A stretch of DNA of 64,000 nucleotides. Origin: Phyllobates terribilis. Its lineage: Eukaryota. The stretch is taken from positions 186,001 through 250,000 of the forward strand of contig NW_027362916.1 of NCBI RefSeq assembly GCF_046119375.1, given 5' to 3'. Of this stretch, positions 60,924 to 64,000 are shown in pieces (the stretch's first letter is position 1; the number at the start of each line of letters is the position of its first letter). A model generated the notes under the pieces. It had not been told where the DNA came from. It worked only from the letters and a program-made list of their open reading frames with translations, and made no database searches. Both the position numbers and the translations under genes were made by a program.

Positions 60924-63900
60924 ATCCTCTCAATTATCTGCGGGGAGAATCGTCATTTCGAACTAGCCCAACTTGACTCTGGAGCAGCCGGGAATCTTAT
61001 TTCACAGTCCCTGGTAGAAAAATACCGCATTCCCACCAAACCTCTGGATGTACCCTTATCTGTCGCTGCTGTGGATGGGGGCCTCTTACCACGTCCCATC
61101 CAACTCGTCACCGAATCCATTACTCTGCAGGTGGGAATGCTGCATTCTGAGAGCATCTCCTTTCATGTACTGCCTGGACTCTCTCACGCCCTCTTACTAG
61201 GTCTACCTTGGCTCCAGAAACATACACCCGTGCTTGACTGGCAGACCGGAGAGGTCCTTCGCTGGGGACAGGACTGCCATAAGACTTGCTTGGTTCCTGT
61301 TCATCCCGTCCGTCCTTCTCCTACCCCAACTAATCTACCTGGACTTCCGATTCCTTATTGGTCATTTGCTGATGTCTTTAATAAAAAGGAGGCAGAGACA
61401 TTACCCCCTCATAGACCATACGACTGTCCTATCGACCTGTTACCCGGTACTACGCCTCCCCGTGGGCGTATTTATCCATTGTCCGCTGCTGAGACCCGGT
61501 CGATGTCCGAATATATTGAGGAGAATCTGGCCAGGGGATTCATCCGGAAATCTACCTCCCCGGCGGGAGCAGGCTTCTTTTTCGTCAAAAACAAGGACGG
61601 CTCTCTCCGTCCCTGTATAGACTATAGAGGCCTTAACCAGATCACGGTGAAGAATAAGAACCCCCTTCCGCTCATTCCGGAGTTATTTGATCGGCTGAGG
61701 GGGGCTAGAATCTTCACCAAACTGGACCTCCGTGGGGCGTACAACCTGGTCCGTATCCGTCAGGGGGATGAATGGAAGACGGCATTCAACACCCGGGACG
61801 GCCACTATGAATATCTGGTTATGCCCTTTGGTCTCTGTAACGCTCCTGCCGTCTTTCAAGAGTTGGTCAATGACATCTTCCGGGACCTTCTCTACTCCTG
61901 CGTAGTGGTGTACCAGGACGACATCTTGGTCTTCTCTCCGGATCTCCAGACTCACCGGAGGGACGTTCGTCAGGTCCTGCTCAGGCTCAGGCAGAATCAC
62001 CTCTTCGCTAAATACGAGAAGTGCCTCTTTGAGCAGACCTCGCTTCCGTTTTTGGGCTACATTATTTCTCAGACCGGCCTACGAATGGATCCAGAAAAAC
62101 TGTCTGCCATCGAGAAATGGCCTCGACCGGAGGGGTTGAAGGCCATTCAGCGGTTCTTGGGCTTCGCCAACTACTACCGCCTCTTCATACCACACTTCTC
62201 TTCCCGGACTGCCCCAATTTCCGCGCTCACCCGTAAGGGTACTAATCCCAAAGAGTGGCCGCCCGAAGCAGAGGAGGCCTTTCTTTCCTTAAAACAGGCC
62301 TTCTCTTCCGCCCTGGTGCTGCATCGCCCGGACGGCAACAAGCAGTTCTTCCTGGAAGTTGACGCCTCCTCCTCTGGAGCCGGAGCGGTACTTACTCAAA
62401 AATCATCTTCCGGGAGGATGGTAACTTGCGACTTCTTCTCTAAACTCTTCTCCTCCTCAGAGCGCAATTATTCCATAGGAGACCGAGAGTTATTGGCCAT
62501 CAAGCTGGCATTGGAGGAGTGGCGTTACCTGCTCGAGGGGGCTCTTCACCCGGTAATAATTTACACTGACCACAAAAACTTGGCTTACCTCCAGCATGCC
62601 CAGAGACTTAACCCGCGCCAAGCCCGGTGGTCCTTGTTTTTTGCTCGCTTTGATTTTGTTCTACATTTTCGCCCGGCTGACAAAAACATCAAGGCGGACG
62701 CCTTGTCCCGATCCTTTCTGGTGTCTGATCTCGAGGAAGAACCTAAACATATCATCGATCCCGCCAGAGTAATGCAGGTGGCTCCCGTGAGTCTAAATCG
62801 TCTCCCTCCCGGAAAGACGTTCGTATCGGTACCTGATCGGGAGAAGATCCTACACTGGGGTCATTCGTCTAAACTAGCTGGCCACGCCGGTCAGAAAAAG
62901 ACCCTCCAGCTTATTACCCGGCACTACTGGTGGCCTACCCTGCACAAGGACGTGATAGACTTTGTTTCTGCCTGTGTGTCCTGCGCCCACAACAAAGTTA
63001 CAAGACACCTGCCAGCCGGTCGCCTTCTTCCGCTTCCTGTACCTGCTGCCCCCTGGCAGCATATAGCTATGGACTTCATAACTGATCTCCCCGTCTCTGC
63101 TGGTTGTACGGTCATTTGGGTGGTCGCTGACCGCTTTTCCAAGATGGCTCACTTTATTCCTCTGCCAGGCCTCCCGTCTGCACCCGTACTGGCTAAGGAC
63201 TTTATCCGCCACATCTTCCGTCTTCATGGCCTGCCCCTCCACATCGTGTCGGATCGTGGGGTACAGTTCACTTCACGTTTCTGGAGAGCCACTTGTAAAT
63301 TGCTAGACGTCACCCTGGACTTCTCCTCCGCTTACCACCCACAGTCCAATGGTCAAGTGGAGCGGATCAATCAGATCCTGACCAGTTACCTCCGGCACTT
63401 CGTTAATGCCCACCACTCTGACTGGGTGGATCTCCTGCCATGGGCCGAATTTTCTTACAACAATCACGAGAGCGAATCTTCCTCCAAATCCCCGTTTTTT
63501 GTAGTCTTCGGTCAGCATCCTTGGATCCCATTTCCCGTCTCCACCTCGGTGGACAATCCGGCTGCGGAATCTCTTGTTAACAAATTTTCCTCCATATGGG
63601 AGAGTACCCGGTCCGCACTCCTTCTGTCTTCCGAGCGTATGCAAAGACATGCTGACAAAAAACGTCTGGATCCTCCTCAATTCCATCCAGGGGATAAGGT
63701 CTGGCTCTCGTCCAAGTATGTCCGGCTCAAGATTCCTTCCTATAAGTTAGGGCCTCGGTTCATCGGTCCTCTGGAGGTCATCAGTCAGATCAACCCGGTG
63801 GCCTATAAATTGAAACTCCCGGCCAACTTGCGGATCCCTAACTCCTTCCATGTATCTCTCCTCAAACCTGTGGTACTTAACTCTTTTTCCAAGTCTACAG

Positions 63901-64000
63901 GTACGCCTCCTGCTCCGGTTTCCGCTGAAAACGAATTTGAGGTAGAGAACATTCTGGCCACCAAAAGGGTAAGAGGGAAGACCTTTTTTCTAGTAGATTG
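60924..64000 (+). CDS. pol: Pol polyprotein (PR-RT-RH-INT-chromodomain), open to the window edge
   Basis: LDSG at 60972 and the chromodomain codons at 63930 are in the same frame. The ORF track lists no stop-terminated plus-strand pol ORF. RT motif YQDD at 61911-61922. Confidence 0.92.
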   Translation, partial: MLSIICGENRHFELAQLDSGAAGNLISQSLVEKYRIPTKPLDVPLSVAAVDGGLLPRPIQLVTESITLQVGMLHSESISFHVLPGLSHALLLGLPWLQKHTPVLDWQTGEVLRWGQDCHKTCLVPVHPVRPSPTPTNLPGLPIPYWSFADVFNKKEAETLPPHRPYDCPIDLLPGTTPPRGRIYPLSAAETRSMSEYIEENLARGFIRKSTSPAGAGFFFVKNKDGSLRPCIDYRGLNQITVKNKNPLPLIPELFDRLRGARIFTKLDLRGAYNLVRIRQGDEWKTAFNTRDGHYEYLVMPFGLCNAPAVFQELVNDIFRDLLYSCVVVYQDDILVFSPDLQTHRRDVRQVLLRLRQNHLFAKYEKCLFEQTSLPFLGYIISQTGLRMDPEKLSAIEKWPRPEGLKAIQRFLGFANYYRLFIPHFSSRTAPISALTRKGTNPKEWPPEAEEAFLSLKQAFSSALVLHRPDGNKQFFLEVDASSSGAGAVLTQKSSSGRMVTCDFFSKLFSSSERNYSIGDRELLAIKLALEEWRYLLEGALHPVIIYTDHKNLAYLQHAQRLNPRQARWSLFFARFDFVLHFRPADKNIKADALSRSFLVSDLEEEPKHIIDPARVMQVAPVSLNRLPPGKTFVSVPDREKILHWGHSSKLAGHAGQKKTLQLITRHYWWPTLHKDVIDFVSACVSCAHNKVTRHLPAGRLLPLPVPAAPWQHIAMDFITDLPVSAGCTVIWVVADRFSKMAHFIPLPGLPSAPVLAKDFIRHIFRLHGLPLHIVSDRGVQFTSRFWRATCKLLDVTLDFSSAYHPQSNGQVERINQILTSYLRHFVNAHHSDWVDLLPWAEFSYNNHESESSSKSPFFVVFGQHPWIPFPVSTSVDNPAAESLVNKFSSIWESTRSALLLSSERMQRHADKKRLDPPQFHPGDKVWLSSKYVRLKIPSYKLGPRFIGPLEVISQINPVAYKLKLPANLRIPNSFHVSLLKPVVLNSFSKSTGTPPAPVSAENEFEVENILATKRVRGKTFFLVD

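Larger units (their letters stand above)
59076..64000 (+). mobile_element. Young chromodomain-bearing Gypsy (Tf1/sushi-type) LTR retrotransposon, running off the window end
   Basis: 5' LTR TGTAGC...GTTACA, intact gag, GGGAAAC slippery site, and a continuous pol (PR LDSGAAGN, RT, RH, INT, start of chromodomain EFEVENIL..RGKTFFLVD). Confidence 0.97.

Overview
Vertebrate genomic DNA, most likely an anuran. The FAX/KRAB-like zinc-finger gene structure and repeat families resemble hyloid or dendrobatid frogs; this taxonomic call is inference. The window is part of a C2H2 zinc-finger gene cluster with three paralogues. Copy 1 (minus strand) has lost its finger array. Copy 2 (minus strand) looks intact with 12 fingers. 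Copy 3 (plus strand, head-to-head with copy 2) has a broken splice donor, and its finger exon is pushed out of the window by a young chromodomain-type Gypsy element. Each paralogue is preceded by the same module: CpG-rich 30-bp VNTR, putative first exon, then a G/T-rich minisatellite. The cluster is packed with mobile DNA: four full-length Tc1 elements plus fragments, two decayed hAT/BED transposase relics, a TTAA-flanked piggyBac-type non-autonomous element, many MITEs, a solo LTR, and a Gmr1-type Gypsy (integrase before RT, SCAN-like gag). The most unusual object is a pol-less LTR element (7063-9840, GCAT target-site duplication) nested in the Gmr1 element. It carries an intronless 514-aa ORF: a coiled coil fused to a captured FXR1 (fragile-X family) KH0-KH2-NES fragment lacking KH1. 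Also noted are three candidate minimal Penelope-type hammerhead ribozymes and a self-priming (Tf1/sushi-type) signature in the terminal Gypsy LTR. All comparisons were made by eye or from recalled sequences; no database searches were run.
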